A stretch of 64,000 bases of DNA from Hyalangium minutum (GTDB lineage: Bacteria > Myxococcota > Myxococcia > Myxococcales > Myxococcaceae): contig NZ_JMCB01000002.1 of NCBI RefSeq assembly GCF_000737315.1, positions 620,001 to 684,000 on the forward strand, in the 5' to 3' direction. The notes under the pieces were generated by a model that saw nothing but the letters and a program-made list of their open reading frames with translations, did not search any database and was not told where the DNA came from. The position numbers were made by a program, and so were the translations under genes. Of the stretch, positions 39,697-48,977 are shown in pieces (the first letter of the stretch is position 1; each line of letters starts with the position of its first letter).

Positions 39697-40563
39697 ATGG
39701 CGATCTCTGTCGACAACCGCAGCCGCACCTACAGCCGCTCCTACGAGCAGAACCGGACCACGGGCGAGACCACGCGGACCACGCGCAGCACCAGCGAGCG
39801 CGGCCAGCCGGTGAAGCCTGAGGTGAAGAACAACGGCGTGAAGCCGAAGGCTGAGGTCGAGCTGTTCAAGGACAAGTTCGAGGCCGAGGCCAACGCGGTC
39901 TCCGCCGAGGGCAAGTTCGGCAAGCCGGGCAGCGCGCTCTCCGGTGAGGGCAACGTGAAGGTGGGCTCGGCTGGCGTGTCGGGCGAGGGCTCGGTGACTG
40001 CGGATCTGGCCAAGGGCCAGGTGAAGGCCGAGGGTAAGGCCGAGGCGCACGCCAACCTCGTGAGCGCCGAGGGCAAGGTGAAGTCCGAGTACGGCATCGG
40101 CAGCACCGAGGCGTCGGCCAAGGGCAACGTGGGCGCCGAGGCCAGCGTCAAGGGCGAGGTGGTGGTGGATCCGCTGCACGGCGACGTGGCGGCCTCCGCG
40201 GGCGGCGAGGCCTTCGTCGGGGCGCGTGCCTCGGCCGAGGTGGCGCAGACGGTCGGCCCGGCCACCGCGAAGGTGGGCGGTGAGGTGACCGCGGGCCTGG
40301 GCGCCGAGTTCGAGGCGGACGTGGGCCTGAAGGATGGCAAGCTCTCGGCCAACTTCGACATCGGCGCGACGCTGGGCATCGGCGCCAGCGTGGAGTTCGG
40401 CGTCGAGGTGGACGTGGGCAAGGTGGCCAGCGGCGTGAAGGACGCGGCCGGCGCGGTGGCGGACGTGGCCAGCAACGTGGCCGACAAGGCCGGCGACGTG
40501 GTCAGCGGCGCGGCCGACAAGGCCAAGGACCTGGCGGGCAAGGTCCTCGACATCGGCTGGTAG
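39697..40563 (+). CDS. Ala/Gly/Val-rich repetitive hypothetical protein
   Basis: Very strong GC3 bias; repeated beta-strand-like motifs followed by an amphipathic LEA-like tail. Confidence 0.75.
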   Translation: MAISVDNRSRTYSRSYEQNRTTGETTRTTRSTSERGQPVKPEVKNNGVKPKAEVELFKDKFEAEANAVSAEGKFGKPGSALSGEGNVKVGSAGVSGEGSVTADLAKGQVKAEGKAEAHANLVSAEGKVKSEYGIGSTEASAKGNVGAEASVKGEVVVDPLHGDVAASAGGEAFVGARASAEVAQTVGPATAKVGGEVTAGLGAEFEADVGLKDGKLSANFDIGATLGIGASVEFGVEVDVGKVASGVKDAAGAVADVASNVADKAGDVVSGAADKAKDLAGKVLDIGW

Positions 40564-40624
40564 TTTCCACTCGGGCCCTGCCGCGCTCGCAAAGAGGGCG
40601 ACAGGGCCAGGTGCCTGGGAGAGA

Positions 40625-41815
40625 ATGCAGCGCATGAGCGCGCTGGAGAGACTCCTCGAGGCAGGGCAGACAGCCAAGGCGAAGGCGGAGGCGGAGCAGA
40701 TCCTGGCGAAGAAGCCACAGGATCGCTCCGCCCTCGTCGTTTTGAGCAAGGTCCTCTTGCTGGAGGGCCAGCTCGAGCAGGCCGAGAAGCACCTGGCCGT
40801 GGCCGAGCAGCAGGGCGCCACGGCGGAGACGCTGCTGCTGCGCGCCAACCTTGCCTCGCAGCGGGGCCAGCTCGAGCCAGCGGTGGGGTACTTCCGCCAG
40901 GTGCTCTCCCGGGAGCCTCTGCGCGGCGAGGCCTGCTTTGGCCTGGGGCTCGCGCTCTTCAAGCAGGGCAAGACGGACGAGGCGCTCGCCGCGCTGGCCA
41001 AGGCGGTGCAGGTTCAGCCGAAGAACGCCATCTTCGTCTACCGGTACGGGCAGGTGCTGCACGAGGCCGGGAAGACGGACCTGGGCATCCAGACGATTGC
41101 GCAGGCCATCACCCTGCAGCCGAAGTTCCTCCCGCCCTACCTGTCGCTGATCGAGGTGCTCGTGGAGGAGGGGCTGGCGCTCCAGGCGCGCAGGCTGGTG
41201 CAGGAGGGCCTGCGGGAGATTCCCAACCACCCGCGCCTGTTGGCAGCACTCACGGCGATCTCGCTCGGGATGGGGGATGTGAAGGGGAGCTACCAGGCCG
41301 CCTCGACGCTCGCCACGCAGCGGCCGAAGGATGCCCAGGCGCAGGCCAACCTCGCGCTGCTGATGGTGCTCCGAGGCCAGAACCGGGAGGCACTGCACGT
41401 GTGCCGCACCATGGAGAGCCTGGGGCTGGCCACGGCGGACCTGAAGATGATCGAGGCCACGGCGCACGAGGCGGCCGAGCCACCGGCCTACGAGAAGGCC
41501 ATCGCGGCCTACGAGGAGGCGATGGCCTTGGATGCGAACGGCTGGAAGGCGCCCAACAACCTGGGCCAGCTGCTGATGCGCATGCCCGCCACGCCGCCGG
41601 AGAAGCTGATGTCCCGCGCCGTCACGGTGCTGGAGGAGGCGGTGCGGCGTCAGCCCGCGCAGCCCGCGCCACACCTGAACCTGGCGCTGGCGTACACGCG
41701 CCTGGGCGACAAGGCGAAGGCGCAGGCCCAGGCGAAGGCGGTGCTCGCCGCGAACCTGCCCGAGGGCGATGAGCTGCGCGAGCAGGCCGAGCGGCTCCTG
41801 AAGGCGCTGGGCTGA
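40625..41815 (+). CDS. Tetratricopeptide repeat protein
   Basis: Multiple TPR motifs ([29 protein letters not shown]). Confidence 0.85.
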   Translation: MQRMSALERLLEAGQTAKAKAEAEQILAKKPQDRSALVVLSKVLLLEGQLEQAEKHLAVAEQQGATAETLLLRANLASQRGQLEPAVGYFRQVLSREPLRGEACFGLGLALFKQGKTDEALAALAKAVQVQPKNAIFVYRYGQVLHEAGKTDLGIQTIAQAITLQPKFLPPYLSLIEVLVEEGLALQARRLVQEGLREIPNHPRLLAALTAISLGMGDVKGSYQAASTLATQRPKDAQAQANLALLMVLRGQNREALHVCRTMESLGLATADLKMIEATAHEAAEPPAYEKAIAAYEEAMALDANGWKAPNNLGQLLMRMPATPPEKLMSRAVTVLEEAVRRQPAQPAPHLNLALAYTRLGDKAKAQAQAKAVLAANLPEGDELREQAERLLKALG

Positions 41816-41830
41816 GCGCGGCGGGGCGGC

Positions 41831-43342
41831 TCAGAAGCCGTAGCGGCCCGGGGCGAAGATGCCAGCGGGGTCCACGGCCTCCTTGAGGCGCTTGAGCAGC
41901 GTGCGCGAGTCGTCCTGCACGGGGATCTCCTCGGGGAAGCCGGGGAGGCCGAGCCGCATGGGGTAGTAGCCGGCCTGGATGAGCTCTCGCTGGAGGGCCT
42001 GGTAGCAGGCCATGGCGCGCTCGTCCTCGCCGGGGACTTCGCGATCGAACGCGAGCGCCACCACCAGATACATGCAACGCGGGGAGAGGGCCAGCAGGGC
42101 CACGTTGGGCTCCAAGGCGAACATGCGCGGCACGCGGGTGGCGATGGCGGAGGCGGCCTGGGCCTCCTCGCCGGTAAAGGGCACGGCCACCGAGCACCAG
42201 ATGAAGCCGCACTTGTCCCGGTCCGGGTGAGGCGGGTCGGGCACAGGGTTCTTCTTGCGCCAGTAGGTCATGGCGAGGTTGCCGTCCGAGGGGCGGCCCT
42301 GGAACGCGCTCTCGTAGTCGGGGCCACGGTCTTGCATTTCCAAGCGGTGGCCGAGTCCCTCCATGGCAGTGCCCACCCGGCGCTGGAGGAGGGCTCCTAG
42401 CTCTTCATCTTGGGCGGAGATGGCGCCGCTGATGATCCACCGGCCGAGCTCCTCGCGGAGCTGCTCCAGCATGAAGGAGGGCAGCGGCGTGCGTCCGCCC
42501 GTGTGCTCGAAGGGGAACTGGCGGGCGATGCTGAGCGCCTTCACGTCATTCCAGATGAAGAGGCTGTTGCGCAGGGTGCCATCGAGCGCGAGCGGCTGAA
42601 GGCGATCCAGCAGCTCCCACAAGTGGGCGTCCTCCTTCACGGCGTAGGCGAACTCGTGCAGATAGGGGGCCTTCTTCACCAGCCAGAAGGTCATCCGCGT
42701 CACCACGCCGAGGGCGGACTGGCTGAAGAGGCCATCCAGCGAGGGGCCCAGACCCCAGCGGAAGACAGGGGCGGCGTGGGCGCTGGGGAAGCGGGCCATG
42801 CCGGTCTCGATGCGCTCGCCATTGGGGAGCACCACCTCCAGGCCGCAGACGTAGTTGAAGATGTCGGCGTGAGGGCCGCGGCCGTCGCCGCGTTCGAGGG
42901 CGTTGCCAATAAGGCTTCCTTCGGGCGAGCCGCCAATGGTGGTGATGAAGAGGGGACTGTTGCGCTCTTTGAGCCAGGTGTACGCCTGACGGAAGGTCAC
43001 GCCGGGCTCGATGGTGAGGTAGGCGAGCTTCTCGTCGTACGCGAGGATGCGGTTCATCCGCGCCAGCTCGATCAACACGCACCCGTCGCGCGGGGGAACG
43101 CGGGAGCCATAGCCCCAATTGCGGCCGCCGCTGACGGGGTAGACGGGGACGCGGCGGGCCTGGGCGATGCGCAGACAGGCCTGCACCTCGGCGGTGGTCG
43201 AGGGGCGGAGGATGGCGGGGATGCGCTGGGTGGTGGCGAAGGTGGCGGTCTCGGCCGAGGCGAGCGCCTCGGGCTCGGTGATGACATGCTCTTCGCCCAG
43301 GGCGGAGCGCCACTCGGTGAGGGCGGTCTCCAGCGCGCTCAT
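41831..43342 (-). CDS. FAD-binding oxidoreductase, VAO/p-cresol methylhydroxylase flavoprotein family
   Basis: SGGRNWGYG, IEPGVTF, GNALERG and QSALGVVT; C-terminal VDPAGIFAPGRY. Confidence 0.85.
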   Translation of the reverse strand: MSALETALTEWRSALGEEHVITEPEALASAETATFATTQRIPAILRPSTTAEVQACLRIAQARRVPVYPVSGGRNWGYGSRVPPRDGCVLIELARMNRILAYDEKLAYLTIEPGVTFRQAYTWLKERNSPLFITTIGGSPEGSLIGNALERGDGRGPHADIFNYVCGLEVVLPNGERIETGMARFPSAHAAPVFRWGLGPSLDGLFSQSALGVVTRMTFWLVKKAPYLHEFAYAVKEDAHLWELLDRLQPLALDGTLRNSLFIWNDVKALSIARQFPFEHTGGRTPLPSFMLEQLREELGRWIISGAISAQDEELGALLQRRVGTAMEGLGHRLEMQDRGPDYESAFQGRPSDGNLAMTYWRKKNPVPDPPHPDRDKCGFIWCSVAVPFTGEEAQAASAIATRVPRMFALEPNVALLALSPRCMYLVVALAFDREVPGEDERAMACYQALQRELIQAGYYPMRLGLPGFPEEIPVQDDSRTLLKRLKEAVDPAGIFAPGRYGF

Positions 43343-43468
43343 GGCGTGCCTCTCTTGAGAGGGAAGCAGCTCGAGAGGCGATAGTCAGGGTCGCAGGCGA
43401 TGGGCAGGCTCACATGCGCCAGCTTGCCAGTGGGGGACCGTCCCCGGCTACACCCCAGACAGCAGGGT

Positions 43469-43987
43469 TCACCGGGGGCGGGTGACGAGCTCCTCGCGGC
43501 CGATGGGGCTGAGGCCTTGGGCCAAGAGCTTCCGGGCGGCGAGGACGGAGACGCAGTCGTCGGTGCTGTGGATGTCGCCGTAGAAGGTGAGGAGGGTGGG
43601 GGGCTCGACGACGCGGACTTCGCCGACCTGGACCGAGGGGACACGCCGCACGAAGACATCGAGGAGAACCTTCACGCCATCCACGTGGCGGGCGTAGCGA
43701 TAGAAGTTCTCCGAAGTGGCATCGAAGCGGGTCCAGGTGCGGGTGTAGCCGCGCTGGGTGAGGGCGTGAATGAGCTCGGGGAGACGCTCGGGCTCGACGA
43801 AGAGGTCCACGTCCTTGTGGTCGTGGAAGATCTTCAGCTCCTCGTGGGGAGGGGCCATGAAGTGCCAGGCCCAACCGCCGGAGAGGGTGACGAGCGGTGC
43901 GATGGATCGCACCTCCCGTTCGAGCACGCTGAGGCGCTCGAGGTTCCAGGGCTCATCGGCCCGTTTCGGATTGCGAGGATCTCCCAT
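43469..43987 (-). CDS. Nucleotidyltransferase-fold protein
   Basis: LSGGWA...HKDVDLFV resembles the Pol-beta GG...DxD signature of ANT(2'')/Lin-type enzymes. Confidence 0.6.
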   Translation of the reverse strand: MGDPRNPKRADEPWNLERLSVLEREVRSIAPLVTLSGGWAWHFMAPPHEELKIFHDHKDVDLFVEPERLPELIHALTQRGYTRTWTRFDATSENFYRYARHVDGVKVLLDVFVRRVPSVQVGEVRVVEPPTLLTFYGDIHSTDDCVSVLAARKLLAQGLSPIGREELVTRPR

Positions 43988-44074
43988 GGCCCGGCTCCTT
44001 GTAGAGGCGGGCGCACTGGACGGAAGGGGCCGGGGAGGTCTGACGGTTGGTGTGGCCACCGCGCCCAGGAGTTC

Positions 44075-44812
44075 TCAACCTTTGTGCAGAGCAGCGAACT
44101 CAGCGACAAAGTCCAGGTACCGGAGAATGGCCTGCTGGTGGTCGCCGTTACAGTCTCGTAAATACTTGGCGGGCCAGCCCTCCTCAGGAAGTTCCCGTTT
44201 GACGTCTCTCAGCCAATTGCCAAAGTTCGCGTACAGTTCGTTCTTGAGATGGTTGTCATCCGCGCAGGCGTTATACCCATCGATGAACGTATTGAAGCGC
44301 TCTGCGTTGGTGTTTTCGAGATGTTCATGGAGCCGCCCGTGCAACAGGCTTTCGCGGATGCACAGCAGGTAGGAGAGGGTATCTCGGGCGGCTGGCGGCC
44401 CTTCTTCAGTCTCAGGCGGCTGGGCAGGAGTCGCGTCGCTGGGCAAAGCCCGCTTCGAGCGTGGGGAAGTGGAGAATTCATGGACCCAGTCAAGGTACGT
44501 CCCAATCGCTCGTTCGTGCTCTCCCCCCGCCATGGACAGATGTCGCTCGGTGGCTTTTTCTATCGGCTCTTCGCGTCTCGTGCTCCAAAGCCACTCGCAG
44601 AATCGAGCATACGCTTCATCGGAGAGCTGATGTTCACGCAGGCAGGCGCGATACCCCTCGATAAAGCCTGCAAGCCGCTCCACAAGCGGATCTCCGATAT
44701 GAATGAAAAGTCTACCCTTCTTCATGTCCCGGTGAAGCAGGAGCAAGGCCTCCAGTGTTCCTACGGCCTCAAGATGCCCAAGGGTGGGCTCGAATTCGTG
44801 TTCATGGCTCAT
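44075..44812 (-). CDS. Putative immunity protein made of two homologous ~100-aa domains
   Basis: Internal duplication (FIEGY..C..F.EWL..H.RAI..YLDWVHEF vs FIDGY..C..F.NWL..H.QAI..YLDFVAEF); ATGA overlap with the upstream gene. Confidence 0.65.
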   Translation of the reverse strand: MSHEHEFEPTLGHLEAVGTLEALLLLHRDMKKGRLFIHIGDPLVERLAGFIEGYRACLREHQLSDEAYARFCEWLWSTRREEPIEKATERHLSMAGGEHERAIGTYLDWVHEFSTSPRSKRALPSDATPAQPPETEEGPPAARDTLSYLLCIRESLLHGRLHEHLENTNAERFNTFIDGYNACADDNHLKNELYANFGNWLRDVKRELPEEGWPAKYLRDCNGDHQQAILRYLDFVAEFAALHKG

Positions 44813-45351
44813 GGTGTCGAAACGACCTCCCATGAGATCTGGATGCGTGCCTGCAATCGCAAAAGATAATCGTCGAATTTCATGCCGAGGGGGCCTGTAT
44901 AAGCATCATAAATCGACGCCCCGATTCTGACGGCTACGTGGTAACCCGCACGAGACACAGAAGCTTGGTTGCCTTCGGTCGTTTCGAAGACCATGTAGAT
45001 GGGTCTTTCGGTGCGAAAAGCGACGTACTCCGGGCGCTGTCCCAGTTGTGTGAAAGCTTGATGGATGGTGCGTGCAACATCCTGGCACTTCCCCGGAATC
45101 TGACTCGCAGCGCTGTAGGCCACCTGAAGGTTTCTCAGCCACGCCGGTGCCTGTTGCCCGGTGTGAACCTCGTACAGGGCGATGGCACCGGCGATATCTC
45201 CCCGAGCCAGATAGGCCAGCAGTTTGGCGCGGGTGGACTCTGTGACCGTCATCGCCGTCGCTTGCGTAGGAGGGACGGGGCCTGCTCCTGCGGGTGTGAT
45301 CAGGAGAAAGAGGAGCAGTACGAAGCTTCCCTGGCTACAGAAGTGACGCAT
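44809..45351 (-). CDS. Secreted papain-fold protein (Tox-PL2-like putative toxin)
   Basis: GGAGG RBS; signal peptide (LLLFLLITPAGA); Cys-His-Asp pattern GKCQDVA / GYHVAV / IYDAY..P.GM. Confidence 0.65.
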   Translation of the reverse strand: MRHFCSQGSFVLLLFLLITPAGAGPVPPTQATAMTVTESTRAKLLAYLARGDIAGAIALYEVHTGQQAPAWLRNLQVAYSAASQIPGKCQDVARTIHQAFTQLGQRPEYVAFRTERPIYMVFETTEGNQASVSRAGYHVAVRIGASIYDAYTGPLGMKFDDYLLRLQARIQISWEVVSTP

Positions 45352-45386
45352 GGGCGACCCTCCGTAAGAGATCGATAGGTGAGATG

Positions 45387-46259
45387 CTAGGCGCCTGGAC
45401 GTTTCGGATCCAAGGCGTCTCGCACCGCGTCTCCGAGGAAGTTGAACCCCAGCACTGTGAGCGCCAGCGCGAGCCCTGGGAACACCGCCACGTGGGGAGC
45501 CACGAGGAGGTACTGCGTTCCCTGGTCCACCAGCGCGCCCCAGGAAGGTGTTCCCGGCGGTGCGCCCAGGCCCAGGAAGCTCAGTGAGGCTTCGGCCAGG
45601 ATGGCTCCGGGAAAGGCGAAGGTCGCTTGGATGAGCAGCGGCCCCGCCGCGTTCGGCAGAAGGTGACGGAACAGGATGCGCGCGTTCCCGCTCCCCAGGG
45701 CCCGCGCCGCCTGCACATATTCGCGCTCGCGCAGCGTGAGCACCTGTCCCCGTGCCAGTCGCGCGTAGCCCGTCCATCCCGTGAAGGACAGCGCGAAGAC
45801 CACGTTGGCCAGGCTGGGCCCCAGCACCGACGTGATGAAGATGGCCAACAGGATGCCCGGGAAGGCGAGCAGCACGTCCACCAGCCGCATCACCACCTCA
45901 TCCACCCAGCCGCCCACGTACCCTGCCAGTCCTCCGAGCGTCACTCCGACGAGCGCTGACACCACCACCGCGAAGAACGCCACCACCAGCGACACCCGCG
46001 CTCCGTAGAGCACATGGGTGAGCACGTCGATCCCGTTCTCCCCCGCGCCTAGCAGGTGCGCGGTGCTTGGTGGTGCCAGCTCCGCGGAGAGTTCGATCGC
46101 TTCTGGCGAATAGGGACTGATCACCGGAGCCAGCAGCGCGGTGAGCACCAGCAGCACCGCCACGCCCAGCCCGAACCGGCCTCCCAGCGTGCGCAGCCGG
46201 AAGCCCCGGCGCGGCACAACGCCCGGTGTCACCGCCGTGAGGGGAGAGGCCTCGCTCAT
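45387..46259 (-). CDS. Peptide/nickel ABC transporter permease (DppC/OppC-like)
   Basis: YGARVSL, MRLVDVLLAFP, REYVQAARALG and EASLSFLGLG. Confidence 0.92.
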   Translation of the reverse strand: MSEASPLTAVTPGVVPRRGFRLRTLGGRFGLGVAVLLVLTALLAPVISPYSPEAIELSAELAPPSTAHLLGAGENGIDVLTHVLYGARVSLVVAFFAVVVSALVGVTLGGLAGYVGGWVDEVVMRLVDVLLAFPGILLAIFITSVLGPSLANVVFALSFTGWTGYARLARGQVLTLREREYVQAARALGSGNARILFRHLLPNAAGPLLIQATFAFPGAILAEASLSFLGLGAPPGTPSWGALVDQGTQYLLVAPHVAVFPGLALALTVLGFNFLGDAVRDALDPKRPGA

Positions 46260-47167
46260 GAGCGCCTCCTGACGCGCGGGTCCACGAGCGTGTACGCCAC
46301 GTCCGTCAGCGTGTTCACGAGCACGTAGCACAGCGTGAACACCATCACCGTGGCCCGCACGGTGTTGTAGTCGCGCTTCTCAATGGCCGTGAGCAGCAAG
46401 GTCCCCATCCCCGGCCACGCGAACACCTTCTCCGTCACGATCGCTCCGCCCAGCAGCGTGCCGAACTCCAGCCCCAGTACCGTGAGGATCGGCAACAGCG
46501 CGTTCCGGAACGCGTGCTTCCACAGCACCGCGTGCGGGCTCAGCCCCTTGGCCTTGGCCACCGTGACGAAGTCCTCGCGCAAGGTCTCCAGCATCGCAGC
46601 TCGCGTCATACGAGACAGGAAGGCCGCCAGCGCTGTGCCCAGCGTCACCGAGGGCAGCACCAGGTGGCTCCACGACTCAGCGCCGGATACCGGCAGCCAG
46701 TCGAGCCACAGCGCGAACACGATGATCAACATCGGCCCCAGCCAGAAGCGCGGCACCGCCACTCCCGCCACCGCCACTCCCATCGCCGCCGAGTCCACCG
46801 CCGTCCCCTTACGCGCCGCTGCCGCCACGCCCAGAGGAATCGCAATCCCCACCGCGATGAGCAGCGAGGCCACCGTGAGCTGTAGCGTCTTCGGCAGCGC
46901 CTCGCCAATCGCCGGCAGCACCTTCCTCTGGAACGGAGGCAGCGAGGTGCGCAGCTCGCCCGTGGCGAAGTCCCTCGAGAACGTCCACAGCTGCGCGTAC
47001 CACGCTTGGTCCATGCCCACCGCGCGCCGCAGTGCCTCGCGATCCACCTCGGAGGCCTGTTCCCCCAACATCACGTCGATTGGATCCCCCGGCACCAGGT
47101 TCAGGAACAGTGAGATGAGCAGCAGCGCCCCCACCACCGCGATGCCCGCCGACACCAGGCGCCTCAT
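46256..47167 (-). CDS. Peptide ABC transporter permease (DppB/OppB-like)
   Basis: VPGDP, LPKTLQL, EDFVTVAKAKG, VTEKVFAWPGMG and RDY. Confidence 0.92.
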   Translation of the reverse strand: MRRLVSAGIAVVGALLLISLFLNLVPGDPIDVMLGEQASEVDREALRRAVGMDQAWYAQLWTFSRDFATGELRTSLPPFQRKVLPAIGEALPKTLQLTVASLLIAVGIAIPLGVAAAARKGTAVDSAAMGVAVAGVAVPRFWLGPMLIIVFALWLDWLPVSGAESWSHLVLPSVTLGTALAAFLSRMTRAAMLETLREDFVTVAKAKGLSPHAVLWKHAFRNALLPILTVLGLEFGTLLGGAIVTEKVFAWPGMGTLLLTAIEKRDYNTVRATVMVFTLCYVLVNTLTDVAYTLVDPRVRRRS

Positions 47168-48708
47168 GGCTTCACCATCCGCGCCCTCGCCAGCGAGCTG
47201 AGGAAGCCGTGCGCGCTGGGCTCGAAGCCCTCGAGCCGCCGAGATACCACCGCCACGCTGCTCTCGTGCCACAGCGGCGCATATGGCAGCAGCACATCCA
47301 GCCGCGCCTGGGCCTTTGCATAGAGCGCCTTGCGCTCCGAGGGCTCCACCCGGTTCGCCTCCTCCAGCAGCGCGTCCAGCTCCGCGTCCCTCAGCGCGCC
47401 CCGGTTCAGCCCTCCCCAGTGGTTCTCCTCCGTGGGCACGTTCTTCGAGTGGTACACGTTGCGCAGCAGGTCCGGCTCAATCACCGACGCCCACTTCAGC
47501 GTCACCATCTCGAAGTTCCCGCGCCGGATGTCGTTGAAGAACGTGCCGAACTCCAGCGGCCGCACCTCCACAGCCACGCCCCCGCGCGCCAATTGCTCCT
47601 GGAGCACCAGCGCCACCGACTTCCGGAACCGGTCCGTGCTCACCTTCAGGCTCAGCCGCAGCCTCGGCTGGCCTCCGGGCCCGTCCGGATCCACATAGCC
47701 CGCCTCATCCAGCAGTCGCGCCGCCTCGGCCGGGTCGTACCGGCAGCCCTCGCTCGGGCTGTAGGCCCAGTGCGTGCTCGGGAGCATCCCCGTGGCCGGC
47801 TTCGCCAAGCCGTGGAACTTGTGCTCCACCACCGGCTTCACATCGAGCAGGTGGCACACCGCCCGCCGCACCCGCTCGTCCGCCAAGGGCCCCGAGCGCA
47901 GGTTGAAGCCCAGGTACGCATAGCCTGTCCCCGGCCGCACCAGCACCCGCAAGCCTGGCTCCTTGCTCAGCAAGGGGAGCACCGCCGGAGACACCGCGTT
48001 CGTCACCAGATCCGCCCGGCCCTTGAGCAGCTCCAGCACCCGCGTCGTCTCGTCTCGCACCACCCGGAAGTACAGCCTCGGAATGGCCGGGCGACCTCCG
48101 TAATAGCCCTCGAAGGCCACCAGCGAGAGGTGCTCCTCGTCCGGTTGGGACTCAAACTGAAAGGCTCCCGCGCCCACCGGATGCTCCGCTTGCAGCGCCA
48201 CCCCGTCCGGCCCCGCACGCTCCGCTGGGACGATGCTCAGCGACAGCTCCGCCAGCAGCGCCGCGTACGGCCGGCGCAGGTGGAACCGCAGGGTGCGATC
48301 ATCAACCACCTCCACGGACTCCACCGCCTCGTACCGCTCCGCCTTCGGACTTTGCAGCGCGCGAGAGCGCACCCCGTCATAGGTGGCCTTCACGTCCTCG
48401 GCCGTGAGCGCCGTGCCGTCATGGAAGGTGAGCCCCGGGCGAAGGGTGAACTCCATGACGGTGGGGGACAGCGCCTGGAAGGACTCGGCCAGCGCGGGCA
48501 CCGGCCTGCTGCTGTCATCGAACGTGAGCAGCCCGGGCGCAATCAGCTGTCCTATCCGCTGGCCCGTGGCTGTCAGCGCGAAGCGGTCATCCACACTGTC
48601 CGGAGGCGCCTCCACCAGCACGGTGATTCCGTCGGGCGCAGGCTCCGGACGACACCCGGCTGTCAGTGCCAGCAACAACCCCAGGACCGTGTGGCGAAGC
48701 AAGGGCAT
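47164..48708 (-). CDS. Peptide ABC transporter substrate-binding lipoprotein (SBP family 5)
   Basis: Lipobox LTAGC; LRPGLTFHDGTALTAEDVKAT; PVGAGAF. Confidence 0.92.
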   Translation of the reverse strand: MPLLRHTVLGLLLALTAGCRPEPAPDGITVLVEAPPDSVDDRFALTATGQRIGQLIAPGLLTFDDSSRPVPALAESFQALSPTVMEFTLRPGLTFHDGTALTAEDVKATYDGVRSRALQSPKAERYEAVESVEVVDDRTLRFHLRRPYAALLAELSLSIVPAERAGPDGVALQAEHPVGAGAFQFESQPDEEHLSLVAFEGYYGGRPAIPRLYFRVVRDETTRVLELLKGRADLVTNAVSPAVLPLLSKEPGLRVLVRPGTGYAYLGFNLRSGPLADERVRRAVCHLLDVKPVVEHKFHGLAKPATGMLPSTHWAYSPSEGCRYDPAEAARLLDEAGYVDPDGPGGQPRLRLSLKVSTDRFRKSVALVLQEQLARGGVAVEVRPLEFGTFFNDIRRGNFEMVTLKWASVIEPDLLRNVYHSKNVPTEENHWGGLNRGALRDAELDALLEEANRVEPSERKALYAKAQARLDVLLPYAPLWHESSVAVVSRRLEGFEPSAHGFLSSLARARMVKP

Positions 48709-48977
48709 CCGTTTCCTGGTCGAGTCATCCCGAAGTGGTACGGTCGATGCCGGTACGCACCCCTCGGCACCTTCTAATGTTCCGGACGTGGTCCGGGAGC
48801 ATTCGTGATGGCGCTGGAACAGAAGGTCGGTCCACGGGGTTGCAGGTGCGCATCGACGACTGCCTGATGAAGAAAAGTCTACATCCTCGGCATTGCAACT
48901 TCGCCTGGCGGATGAGCAAGCGCCCAGCCAGGGCTGCGCCTACTCTTCCTCCCTTGAACTTCCGAGATCGGCTTCTC

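Noticed and set aside
39541-41001. 635-aa minus-strand ORF ending in Dtd
   Set aside because: Only the last 148 aa are Dtd. The rest is antisense to two real plus-strand genes, so it is not a fusion.
44809-45351. Classifying the papain-fold gene as a SitA outer-membrane-exchange lipoprotein toxin
   Set aside because: The only N-terminal Cys (residue 5) precedes the hydrophobic stretch, so there is no lipobox, and there is no sitB-like neighbour.
45352-45777. In-frame 5' extension of the toxin ORF in the ORF track (322 aa)
   Set aside because: It overlaps the ABC permease in another frame. The RBS and signal peptide support a start at 45351.
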